A stretch of DNA of 64,000 bases. Source: Candidatus Hadarchaeales archaeon. GTDB lineage: Archaea; Hadarchaeota; Hadarchaeia; Hadarchaeales; Hadarchaeaceae. Under the pieces are notes generated by a model. It did not search any database and was not told the DNA's origin. It worked only from the letters and a program-made list of their open reading frames with translations. Shown in pieces: positions 38,461 through 47,624 of this stretch (positions are counted from its first letter, which is position 1; the number at the start of each line of letters is the position of its first letter). The stretch is from NCBI GenBank assembly GCA_038872135.1, contig JAVZGN010000001.1:64147-128146 (forward strand). Reading direction: 5' to 3'. Made by a program: the position numbers and the translations under genes.

Positions 38461-38715
38461 GTGCCAGCCCCACGCTTCAGGACAGCAGGCTATAGAAAAC
38501 GACAGGTGAAGGGGACTTCGGGAAGGGTTAGAGAACACTTCAGAAGAAGACTGCCAAAAATAGCCGCGTGTGGGATGTGCGGGAGGCCTTTGAGTGGTAT
38601 TCCAAGGGTGGTGCGTGCGCTTCCGAAGAGCCAGAAGAGGCCCAACAGGCCATTTGGTGGAAATCTCTGCTCCTCATGCATGCGGGAGATTCTGAAGGAG
38701 AGGGCGAGGGTGTGA
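38461..38715 (+). CDS. rpl34e: 50S ribosomal protein L34e
   Basis: RFRTAGYRKRQ...CGMCGRPL...CSSC zinc-ribbon L34e signature. Confidence 0.85.
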   Translation: MPAPRFRTAGYRKRQVKGTSGRVREHFRRRLPKIAACGMCGRPLSGIPRVVRALPKSQKRPNRPFGGNLCSSCMREILKERARV

Positions 38716-38718
38716 TAG

Positions 38719-39249
38719 ATGGTGGTCGTGACAATCAGCGGCCTCCATGGAGCAGGGAAGACAACCGCAGCCAAGCATCTGGCAAAGAAATTTGGACTTG
38801 AATATGTATGCGCTGGAGATGTCTTTAGACAGATGGCGAAAGAAAGAGGGCTCACGCTTGAGGAGTTTTCGAAGGTGGCGGAGCGAGACCCGCGCATAGA
38901 TCTGATGATTGATAAAAGAACGGCAAGAATGGCCAGGAGGGGAAATGTTCTGATAGATGGAAGGCTTGCTGGATGGATGGCCAAGAAAGCGGATCTCAGA
39001 ATTCTTCTCACAGCTCCCTTAGAAGTAAGGGTGAAGAGAATCGTTGGGAGGGAAAGGCGCAGATATAAAGAGGTGCTCAGAGAGACAAGGGCAAGGGAGA
39101 GGAGTGAGGCAAAGAGGTTCAGAAAATTTTACCACATAGATGTGAACGACTATTCAAAGTTTGACTTAGTAGTCAACACAGCCAACCTTTCGGCCGAGGA
39201 AGTGGCGAAAATTTTAGAAGCGGCTGTGGCATCCATTATGAGAAGGTGA
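38719..39249 (+). CDS. cmk: Cytidylate kinase, archaeal
   Basis: P-loop ISGLHGAGKTT; ~175 aa. Confidence 0.85.
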   Translation: MVVVTISGLHGAGKTTAAKHLAKKFGLEYVCAGDVFRQMAKERGLTLEEFSKVAERDPRIDLMIDKRTARMARRGNVLIDGRLAGWMAKKADLRILLTAPLEVRVKRIVGRERRRYKEVLRETRARERSEAKRFRKFYHIDVNDYSKFDLVVNTANLSAEEVAKILEAAVASIMRR

Positions 39250-39253
39250 TGGA

Positions 39254-39496
39254 ATGATAGATGTCGGGCGAGTTTGTTTGAAAATCGCCGGGAAGGAGGC
39301 GGGGAAATACTGCGTGGTGGTGGAGCGGCTCGATGAAAACTTTGTCGTGATTAGCGGGCCAGGAGTAAAAAGGAGAAGATGTAACATCGCCCATCTTGAG
39401 CCCACCGAAAAAATTGTTGAGATTTCTAAAGGGGCTTCTGATGAAGAGGTGAGGCGGGCCCTGGAGAAGGCGGGGGTAGGTGGCGCAGGTGGGTAA
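39254..39496 (+). CDS. rpl14e: 50S ribosomal protein L14e
   Basis: GRVCLKIAGKEAGKYCVVV KOW-like motif. Confidence 0.8.
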   Translation: MIDVGRVCLKIAGKEAGKYCVVVERLDENFVVISGPGVKRRRCNIAHLEPTEKIVEISKGASDEEVRRALEKAGVGGAGG

Positions 39497-40475
39497 GCTC
39501 CCCTGTGACGTCAGAAGAACCGTTTTGACCAAGGCCCATGATACCACCGACCCAGCCCACGGTTGTGAGCCGAGGAGCCGCCGGCTTCAAGATTACCTCA
39601 GGCTTGGCGCAATAAACCTGGATAAACCAAGAGGCCCCACATCTCATGAAGTGACTGCGTGGGTGAAGAGAGTTCTGGAAGTTGAGAAGGCTGGGCATGG
39701 GGGGACTCTCGACCCCGCGGTGAGTGGAGTCCTTGTTGTGGCTATCGAGGATGCAACCAAGGTCCTTCAAGCTTTCCTCCCGGCCGGGAAGGAATATGTT
39801 TGTGTGATGCACCTTCATGGAAATGTCGAAGATGAAAGGCTGGCGCAGGTGCTTGGAGAGTTTACAGGAAAAATATACCAGAAGCCCCCCCTGAGAGCGG
39901 CTGTCAGGAGACAGGTGAGAACCAAGGAAATTTACTACATAGAGATGATTGAGCGGGAGGACAGAAATGTCTTGATCAGGGTTGGATGTGAGGCTGGAAC
40001 ATACATGAGGAAGCTTTGTCACGATATCGGTGAGGCCCTCGGTTGCGGTGCACACATGAAGGAGCTGCGGAGGACCAGAGTGGGGATGGTTGACGAGAAA
40101 TCTTCTGTAAGTTTACAGGACTTGGCGGATGCATATGCCATCTGGAAAGAGGAGGGTGAGGAGAAGTTTTTGAGGAAGGTGATAGTGCCGATAGAGGAGA
40201 TACTTGGACACCTTCCCAAAATAGTTGTGAGGGATGGGGCCGTCGATGCCCTGTGTCATGGGGCGGATCTCGCGGCTCCCGGGGTTCTCAAGGTTGATTC
40301 AGGAATTGGGAAGGGGGAGCTGGTTGGAATCTTCACCCTTAAAGGGGAGCTGGTCGAGCTGGCGAGGACAACAATGGGTTCTGAGGAAATCGTGGATGCT
40401 GATCACGGAATTGTCGCTAAACCAGAAAGGGTTGTAATGGCTCCCGGAACATATCCAAGGGCCTGGAAAAGTTGA
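39480..40475 (+). CDS. cbf5: tRNA/rRNA pseudouridine synthase Cbf5 (TruB family) with PUA domain
   Basis: INLDKPRGPTSHEV, catalytic Asp in GTLDPAVSGVL, C-terminal PUA domain. Confidence 0.9.
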   Translation: MAQVGKLPCDVRRTVLTKAHDTTDPAHGCEPRSRRLQDYLRLGAINLDKPRGPTSHEVTAWVKRVLEVEKAGHGGTLDPAVSGVLVVAIEDATKVLQAFLPAGKEYVCVMHLHGNVEDERLAQVLGEFTGKIYQKPPLRAAVRRQVRTKEIYYIEMIEREDRNVLIRVGCEAGTYMRKLCHDIGEALGCGAHMKELRRTRVGMVDEKSSVSLQDLADAYAIWKEEGEEKFLRKVIVPIEEILGHLPKIVVRDGAVDALCHGADLAAPGVLKVDSGIGKGELVGIFTLKGELVELARTTMGSEEIVDADHGIVAKPERVVMAPGTYPRAWKS

Positions 40476-40515
40476 AGCCGGCAAATTTTTATCAATGCGG
40501 GAGGAAGGTGTTTGA

Positions 40516-40914
40516 ATGGTTGAGGAAGGAATTTATGGCCCGCTGGGATTCACTGAGCCGATTCTTAGAGTTTTGCGGCCGTATATCCGGGTTGAAGAAG
40601 AGGGGGAAGTTTACACAAAACCTGTGCCATGGAAAGTTTTGAAAAAAGTGAAAAAGCTTGTCCCAGAAAAAAACATGGAATATCGGCATGGAAACGCGCC
40701 AAAAGTTTTAGAAATGTTTGGCTTTGGGAAAGAAGGCGTGGAGTATTTGTGCTATATAGTGACGTCTGAGCGACCGGGGGAGAAATTTTCTATCTATGGA
40801 ATTCTCTTCCCGAAGGAAAATCAGCAGCTTTTAAAGGCGATAAAAAGCAAGGCGTTGGGGCCTCCCACACAGGTTTATGAAGAGAGGGGCCTCCTCGCGC
40901 TCTCGTGGGAGTAG
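40516..40914 (+). CDS. Hypothetical protein
   Basis: 132-aa ORF, no recognisable motif. Confidence 0.35.
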   Translation: MVEEGIYGPLGFTEPILRVLRPYIRVEEEGEVYTKPVPWKVLKKVKKLVPEKNMEYRHGNAPKVLEMFGFGKEGVEYLCYIVTSERPGEKFSIYGILFPKENQQLLKAIKSKALGPPTQVYEERGLLALSWE

Positions 40915-40924
40915 CTGCAGCCGT

Positions 40925-41911
40925 TTAATCTCTTCTCAGCTTTTTGCCCCATCTCGTCAGCTGTACGCGTTTACCGGCTCCAAAGCCAGTTCTCCTGATT
41001 ATCCCCTTTGCTTCCAGCCTTTTCATTGTGCGGGAGAGGGTGGCCTTTGGTATCCCGGTTCTCTCACAGATGGTCTTCTGGAGTAGGTTGTCTTCGCGCA
41101 GGAGCTCTTTGGTCACAGCTCTTTCGTGGTCGGTCAAGAGATTGAGGATTTTTTCAACGTCAGCAGAGCTAAGTGGTTCAGGTCTAGTCAGCTCCTGAGG
41201 AATCTCCACTTTTCTGCCAGCAGCCATCTTTACAAGGATTGCGAGAAGGATTGCTACTACAGCACCGATAGGAACGAGAGTCCAATAAGATCCTTCCTGT
41301 TGGGTCCCCTGGCTAGATTCGGAAGGGGCAGGAGGCGGGGAGGAAAGCTGGAAGGTCATCTCCGCCTGTAATCTACTTTCCGATATTCTCACCCATCTGA
41401 GAGATATCGAATCTCCCGAGGATGAGATAGATGAAGGTGAGGGTTCAGAGTGCAGGAGTTTTGCAAATTTTGGGAGAGTGACAGAGATTTTTGACAGCAT
41501 GGGGGAGGTCGTCCACTGGTATCCGATTGCATAGAAAAGCCCATTATCTGAGGCGATCACAGGTTTTGTCAGCTCAATGATTACAGTGTACCTTTCACCC
41601 TCCATCATCCCCGAGCTGAAGAAAAATTTGATCACAGCTGTGTTGTCTTCTCCTCTGTTTTCAAAAATTAAATTTCGGCCAGAATTGTCCCTGATGGAGA
41701 TGGTTGTGGGTCTCCCCATGACGATTATTTCATCCGAGACATTTTCTCCAGAGGCAACCATTGCATACTCGATGGAGATGATTTCCTTTGCAGAGTTTTC
41801 GCCGATTTCAATGGTAGATTCAGCCCAGGTTATCTGAAAAGTAGGCGCCGCTTTTACAGGGATGGTAAGCAGAAAGACAAGTAGCAGAGGAACAATTTTC
41901 TTTTCCATCAT
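40925..41911 (-). CDS. Membrane-spanning one-component regulator: signal peptide, ~200-aa extracytoplasmic domain, one TM helix, cytoplasmic winged-helix (MarR/TrmB-like) DNA-binding domain
   Basis: MMEKKIVPLLLVFLLTIPVKA signal sequence; TM WTLVPIGAVVAILLAILVKMAAG; C-terminal LLTDHERAVTKELLREDNLLQKTICERTGIPKATLSRTMKRLEAKGIIRR wHTH. Start is probably MMEKK rather than 41968. Confidence 0.6.
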   Translation of the reverse strand: MMEKKIVPLLLVFLLTIPVKAAPTFQITWAESTIEIGENSAKEIISIEYAMVASGENVSDEIIVMGRPTTISIRDNSGRNLIFENRGEDNTAVIKFFFSSGMMEGERYTVIIELTKPVIASDNGLFYAIGYQWTTSPMLSKISVTLPKFAKLLHSEPSPSSISSSGDSISLRWVRISESRLQAEMTFQLSSPPPAPSESSQGTQQEGSYWTLVPIGAVVAILLAILVKMAAGRKVEIPQELTRPEPLSSADVEKILNLLTDHERAVTKELLREDNLLQKTICERTGIPKATLSRTMKRLEAKGIIRRTGFGAGKRVQLTRWGKKLRRD

Positions 41912-42033
41912 TTCTATTCTGCAAAAGTTTAAAAAAATATTTTCGTTTTGGGGTAGCCCCCGTTGCAAAAAATGGAACAGGAAGTTTCACATAATTCTTT
42001 TACCCCACTAATTCCGAGAGAAAATTGATATAG

Positions 42034-45000
42034 ATGGCGATAAAAAGCTATTCATGGAGGAATGAAAAGGCACGGGGAGTTTTGTCTCTGCTACTGGTTC
42101 TAGCCCTCTTGGCTTCTCCAGTTGTTTCAGCTGATCACTCCAGCCAAATAACTTTGGAGCCAACGCTAACGCTCGATAATGTAATAACCCTGTATACAAT
42201 CGTGGTTACGAATACAGGCACCGCAGACAACATAGAAAATGTCAGGATATATGTTCCTGAAAACTTTACCTCTATCCAAGATAATGAAAATGCTGGCTGG
42301 ATTTACCTGTATGATGTTGCTTCCAGAACAATAACTTACTGGACAATGGACAATGCAAAAAAGATTGGCCCCGGCTCTAGTAAAATCTTCAAGTTCAAAG
42401 CCACAACCCCAAATCTTTCCTCCCCTCAGCCCCTTTACGTTAATTGGGCATTTTCAACAAAAGATAACTCAGGTTCTTTGTTTGAGGCACTCCCTGTTTC
42501 AGCCACGGTCGTCCCCGCAATGTTTGCATCCACGGGCCACACCGACAGCGGAATCGACGAGAACGGTGATAGCATTTACGAGTATCTTGGGGTGAATTTT
42601 AAGGTGGATGTCGCAACTCCTGGAAAATATTACGTGAGCGCCTCTTTATATGAGAATGAGAATTTCACATGGGTTTCGTGGGCCACCAGTGATCAACTCT
42701 TCCTAGCAGAAGGACAGCAGACAGTTCAGCTGAGATTCAAAAGCAGTGGAATATACAGGCTGAATAATCCGAGCGTCAACTTCCGGATCGAGGCATGGCT
42801 CTACAATGAAAACTGGTGGTACTTACATAACATCTCTTATATTACTGGTACATATTCTTCCGCCAGTTTTGCACCTCCACCTGTCATGTTTAATCCACCT
42901 CACTCTTTCACTCCACCATCGAGCCTGCCAGATTCCAACGGAAACTCATATGCTGACAACCTCCCGGTTAACGTCGGTGTAAAAGTTACGAAAGCCGGCT
43001 ACTACTGGATCCACGGATGGCTGAGCGAAAATGAAAGCGGATATTACATCACGTGGCTGGATTCGCAGAAGATTTATCTGTCCTCGGATACCACCCTCCA
43101 GCTGGCGTTCGACGGGTGCCGCATACGTCAGGCAAAGCGGTCAGGGTTCTACCGAGCGTACTTTAATATCTCTGATGAGAACTGGAACTGGCTTGACAGC
43201 AGTGAGGCAGTTTCAGACACTCAGTACTCTTGGGAGAATTTTGAGCCGCCGGCGGCAAGCTTCAATCCACCCCACAGCTTCGCGATGATAGACAACGACA
43301 AAGACAACAAATTCGACTATCTTGCGGTTGATGTTAAGCTGAGGGTTAACGTCCCGGGGAGGTACTGGCTGAGTGGCAGCTTGTATGAAAATATAACTGG
43401 AAGCTACGTCACATATATGGAGTCAACTTCGCTATCAGCAAACACAGCAGGCCAATACACTGTTCGGGTGCTGTTCGATGGTACGAGAATTCGATCGTCT
43501 GGGATCTCGGGCCACTACAGGGTCGACATGTCGTTATACGATGGCAACTGGAACTGGCTCGAAAGTGATAGCTATGTGGTGGAGAATTACTATTCGTCGG
43601 ATAACTTCGAGCCACTCGGGGCAACGATCACGTCTGTGTACAGCGACGTTGAAGATCTCAACAACAACCAAAAATTCGATTCACTATTAGTGATAGTCAA
43701 TCTAGATGTCAACAAGGCTGGAAATTATTCCGCCCATGGCTATCTTTCAGACAGCAACTGGACGTACGTCGGCTGGAGCCGCGGTGAGAATTATCTGAGT
43801 GGTAATGGGCAAATAACGGTGAGATTTGATGGCAGGGAGATAAGGAAGGCACGCGCAAATGGTCCCTACCAGGTTTACATTTCTCTTTATGAGAAGGATA
43901 CCGGCACGTATCTTGAAGGTTATTCGGGAGGAGTCGGCGCAGACTATTCATGGGAAGACTTCGAGCCCCAAGCGGCTGAAATCCTTTCTGTGGAGTATGG
44001 TGGAACCGAGGACACGAACGGGAACGGGTTTAAGGATTTTCTAGTGGTGAACGTGGTTGAAAATGTAAATGCCGCCGGGTGGTACAGGGTCGGTGGGAAC
44101 CTCTTTGACAATGAGAACTATATGTGGCTTGGCTGGGCAGAAAATTACGTTTACCTGCCAATAGGCGTCCAGACGGTGCAACTAAGACTTGATGGTTCCA
44201 GAATAAGGAAAGCGGGGATTTCCGGCGGTTACAAGGCCTCAGTTTCTTCATACGATGAGTATTGGAATTGGCTTGGGTGGATGGAGAATAATTTGGGGCA
44301 ATTTAATTGCCAAGATTTCGAACCAGGCGGCGTCGAGATACTCTCAATAGTGACATTTGGTGAAAATACCGACGAAGACAGCTACTTCAACTACTTGGTA
44401 GAGAATGTTAATTTAAAGGTAAACAAGCCAGGGAAATACAGGATAACTGCCAATCTCAGGAAGGACTGGAAGTGGATAGATGGGGCTTGGTCTGAGAATG
44501 ATTTGACGACGGACACAACGGTTCAGCTGCGGTTCAGCGGAAGAAATATTTATTCATCAAGGGAAAACGGCCCATATACCTTGGAGGTATGGATTTCCGA
44601 TGAAATGTGGAACCCAGTTACAGATAATTCTGTAGAAGTTGGTGCAGAGTTCACGTATGAAAATTTCCAGCGTCCACCAGCCGTCATCGCTTCAACCGGG
44701 CACACGGACGAAGGAATAGATACAAACAACAATGAGAATTTTGATTTTCTCTACATAGACGTAAAGGTGAATGTTGCCACACCGGGAAAATATCGCCTGA
44801 GCGGTTCTCTCTTCGACAATAACTGGATGTGGATCGACTGGGCAGAGAACATTGTAACATTGGATGCTGGAGTTGGAAAGAGTGTTGGGCTTTCATTTGG
44901 CGGTTACCGCATCCGCAACTCTGGGAGAAGCGGCCCATACATTGTTGAGCTGTTCTTGGATGAGGTAAAAGAAATGGAACCGTTCAGGCCATGGATACCG

Positions 45001-47622
45001 GCGATGGAGAGGACAGTTTACACCACCCGGGCATACATCCCGGAGAACTTTGAAACCGCACCAATAGAATTTCTGCCGTCATTCACGGAGAATGTTGTGG
45101 ACGAGGATGGAGGAGGATATGACTATTTGACTGTAAATGTGAGCGTTAAGGTCACCACTGAAGGAAGATACTACATTGGGGGATCGCTGTTTACCAGCCC
45201 ACTCATTCAGAAAAATATGCCTCCAAGATCGCCTGTTTGGATTACATGGGCGAGCACTGAGGTGGACCTTACGCCCGGGGTTCATTCAATCCCGCTGAGG
45301 TTTAGAGGAGCAGATATAAACAGAAGCGGAGAAAATGGCCCCTATCGGGCAGATATCAATATCTCAGGCTTTGTCGGTGGAAGATGGGATTGGTTTGGGT
45401 CTACCACCTACATCACGGCAGCATACTTTAGTACTCAGTTCAATCCTCCGCCTGTTGTTATCCTTCCGCCGCCCCACGCAGATTACGGTTACGACTCCGA
45501 TGGTGACAATCTGTATGACTTTATAGTGGTGAGGTTCAAGGTGGATGTGAACAAAGCTGGCAGGTATATAATCGGAGGGGATCTTTGGCCGGCAGGGCAT
45601 GCGATGGAGGAAAAGCAGCTAGGGGTTGGTGTTCAGACGGTGGAACTCCGCTTCTCAGCTTCCAAGATTTATGCAAACAAAACGAATGGACCCTACTGGG
45701 CATACTTCAGCATCATGGATGAAAACTGGAAGCCGCTTGGTTGGGGAAATCACCAGACCGGCAATTATAGATACGACCAGTTTGATCCTCCGCGGGTAGG
45801 GCTGGTCCGGCAGGGTCTTGTCTCATCATCTCCAATGGTCCCGCCGCAGGTGAAGATTTCGGACACAGGCATAAACATAGATCCAGAGAACGATAATCTC
45901 TACGATTTCCTGAAGGTGGATGTGAGCGTTAAGGTCATGGAAAATGGGGTCTACACCGTGATGGGGGCGCTATTTGCACAGAACATAGCTGGGAGTCCAC
46001 CCATCGACTGGGCCGAAAATAGACTGACGCTGAGGACCAGCGATAACACTGTTACCCTCCTCTTTAGTGGGTATGGGGTGGTTCAATCTAGGGTGAACGG
46101 CAAAATATACATTGGGCTGGCTATTCTCGATGAGAACGGTGTGTGGCTAGATACTGAGATTACACCCACGAACGCCTCTTATTCTTATGAGCAGTTTGAG
46201 AACACAAAGAGGGCGCGCTTCGCTATAGTCGCAGGGAAATCTGTCCGGCCAAGCGCTGCAGGTGAAACAGTTTTGGTGAATCTAGAAAACACAGATGCTG
46301 AATCGGTTACTGAAGTTGAGTTGAGGGCCAAAAATAACAGGTCGTCGGCCTCGGTCATAAACATAACCGAGCATGAAGAAGCACCTCTCGGGACAAAAGA
46401 CATTACTGGGGAAGAGCTCAAGTATTTCGACATCACGGTTTCAGATGCGCAGAACATAGAAAGCGCCATTATTCATTTCAAGATTCCGAAATCTGTGGTT
46501 AGCCAGCAGAACATCGATGTTAGCACGATAAGACTCAGGCGGGAAAATATTTTAACCGGTACCACAGTTGAGCTGGAAACATGGTTAGAGGGTGAAGATG
46601 CGAATTACTACTACTTCTCGGCCAGAACTCCAGGATTCTCGTTCTTCGTGGTGGTGGGGCAGCTGAGACAGCCTTCACCACCCCCGCCATCCCCAGGACC
46701 ACCCACAGTTGGCCCCTCTCCAGCGACTTTTGAGTTCAGTGTCTTTGAAGTTCCGGATGTTATAAAGATAGGCGAGAAGGCAGTCATAAGCTTTACTATA
46801 AAGAACACTGGGGGGACGGCCGGGACTTACACTGTGATTCTCTCGCTGGACAATGTTGTTCTAGAGAGCAGGACGATAACGCTGGCTCCAGGTGAGAACC
46901 AGCGGGTAAGCTTTGAAGTTATCCCGCCGGCTATAGGGACATTTCTCATTCAAATTGCTGGGCAGACTGCAGAACTCACAGTGCTGCCAGAGTTGATCGT
47001 TTCTCAAGATCTTGTGGCGGTGAGCTTGGAGCCCATTTACATAGACAGGATTTCCGTTGAAACCCCGCTAACACTGAGCTTCACAGAAACTGCGATAACC
47101 AAGTTGACCCTCAGCGTCTGGAAAGAAGTTTCTGGAGTTATTCTGAAGATAAAGCAGTTGAAAGCCCTTCCATCCGAGGTTCCGGTCCCGGAAACACCAG
47201 TTTTTACATACCTTGAAATCACGGCCGAGAAGCTTCCAAGCTCAGACATAAACAATGCTCTGATTTCATTCAAGGTTGAGAAATCCTGGGTAATAAGTGA
47301 AAATATAGCAGAAAATGAGATAGCGCTCCTAAGATATCACTCCGGCGAATGGCAAAAGCTCAGGACAGAGAAACTCGGCGAAGATGATAGATATCTTTAC
47401 TTCACTGCCATCTCCCCAGGCTTCTCAATCTTTGCTATATCTGGGGAAAGGGCGGCTGCCATAACTCCACCCGGCGTTACGCCGACCCTTCCAACCCAGC
47501 CGTTTGCCCCGATACCGTCAATATATCTTGTGGCGATAACAGCGCTGATATTAATTGGTGTAATTCTGGCGGTGGTCTGGAGGTACATCTCTCTAGGAAC
47601 GAAGAGGCTACCAGTGGAGTGA
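42034..47622 (+). CDS. Giant secreted surface protein (1862 aa): signal peptide, DUF11-like N-domain, ten tandem ~115-aa repeats, two PGF-pre-PGF-like domains, a CARDB-like domain, and a C-terminal TM anchor
   Basis: Signal peptide ~aa 1-33. TVTNTG-type DUF11 motif at aa 55-62. Repeats ending in ...YDENWNWL...FEPP (aa ~165-1390). Pro-rich linker PSPPPPSPGPPTVGPSP. CARDB-like TIKNTGGTAGTYTVIL. Two copies of ...YFSARTPGFSFFVV / ...YFTAISPGFSIFAI. C-terminal hydrophobic IYLVAITALILIGVILAVVW followed by RYISLGTKR. Confidence 0.8.
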   Translation: MAIKSYSWRNEKARGVLSLLLVLALLASPVVSADHSSQITLEPTLTLDNVITLYTIVVTNTGTADNIENVRIYVPENFTSIQDNENAGWIYLYDVASRTITYWTMDNAKKIGPGSSKIFKFKATTPNLSSPQPLYVNWAFSTKDNSGSLFEALPVSATVVPAMFASTGHTDSGIDENGDSIYEYLGVNFKVDVATPGKYYVSASLYENENFTWVSWATSDQLFLAEGQQTVQLRFKSSGIYRLNNPSVNFRIEAWLYNENWWYLHNISYITGTYSSASFAPPPVMFNPPHSFTPPSSLPDSNGNSYADNLPVNVGVKVTKAGYYWIHGWLSENESGYYITWLDSQKIYLSSDTTLQLAFDGCRIRQAKRSGFYRAYFNISDENWNWLDSSEAVSDTQYSWENFEPPAASFNPPHSFAMIDNDKDNKFDYLAVDVKLRVNVPGRYWLSGSLYENITGSYVTYMESTSLSANTAGQYTVRVLFDGTRIRSSGISGHYRVDMSLYDGNWNWLESDSYVVENYYSSDNFEPLGATITSVYSDVEDLNNNQKFDSLLVIVNLDVNKAGNYSAHGYLSDSNWTYVGWSRGENYLSGNGQITVRFDGREIRKARANGPYQVYISLYEKDTGTYLEGYSGGVGADYSWEDFEPQAAEILSVEYGGTEDTNGNGFKDFLVVNVVENVNAAGWYRVGGNLFDNENYMWLGWAENYVYLPIGVQTVQLRLDGSRIRKAGISGGYKASVSSYDEYWNWLGWMENNLGQFNCQDFEPGGVEILSIVTFGENTDEDSYFNYLVENVNLKVNKPGKYRITANLRKDWKWIDGAWSENDLTTDTTVQLRFSGRNIYSSRENGPYTLEVWISDEMWNPVTDNSVEVGAEFTYENFQRPPAVIASTGHTDEGIDTNNNENFDFLYIDVKVNVATPGKYRLSGSLFDNNWMWIDWAENIVTLDAGVGKSVGLSFGGYRIRNSGRSGPYIVELFLDEVKEMEPFRPWIPAMERTVYTTRAYIPENFETAPIEFLPSFTENVVDEDGGGYDYLTVNVSVKVTTEGRYYIGGSLFTSPLIQKNMPPRSPVWITWASTEVDLTPGVHSIPLRFRGADINRSGENGPYRADINISGFVGGRWDWFGSTTYITAAYFSTQFNPPPVVILPPPHADYGYDSDGDNLYDFIVVRFKVDVNKAGRYIIGGDLWPAGHAMEEKQLGVGVQTVELRFSASKIYANKTNGPYWAYFSIMDENWKPLGWGNHQTGNYRYDQFDPPRVGLVRQGLVSSSPMVPPQVKISDTGINIDPENDNLYDFLKVDVSVKVMENGVYTVMGALFAQNIAGSPPIDWAENRLTLRTSDNTVTLLFSGYGVVQSRVNGKIYIGLAILDENGVWLDTEITPTNASYSYEQFENTKRARFAIVAGKSVRPSAAGETVLVNLENTDAESVTEVELRAKNNRSSASVINITEHEEAPLGTKDITGEELKYFDITVSDAQNIESAIIHFKIPKSVVSQQNIDVSTIRLRRENILTGTTVELETWLEGEDANYYYFSARTPGFSFFVVVGQLRQPSPPPPSPGPPTVGPSPATFEFSVFEVPDVIKIGEKAVISFTIKNTGGTAGTYTVILSLDNVVLESRTITLAPGENQRVSFEVIPPAIGTFLIQIAGQTAELTVLPELIVSQDLVAVSLEPIYIDRISVETPLTLSFTETAITKLTLSVWKEVSGVILKIKQLKALPSEVPVPETPVFTYLEITAEKLPSSDINNALISFKVEKSWVISENIAENEIALLRYHSGEWQKLRTEKLGEDDRYLYFTAISPGFSIFAISGERAAAITPPGVTPTLPTQPFAPIPSIYLVAITALILIGVILAVVWRYISLGTKRLPVE

Positions 47623-47624
47623 GG

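Noticed and set aside
38490-40055. Minus-strand ORFs of 173 and 209 aa
   Set aside because: They are antisense to rpl34e/cmk and cbf5 respectively, with no recognisable domains.
46620-47410. The two internal PGFS(F/I)F motifs as PGF-CTERM sorting signals
   Set aside because: PGF-CTERM must be at the extreme C-terminus and be followed by a TM plus basic tail. These motifs are internal, ending at aa ~1543 and ~1803. They are reported instead as PGF-pre-PGF-like domain ends.
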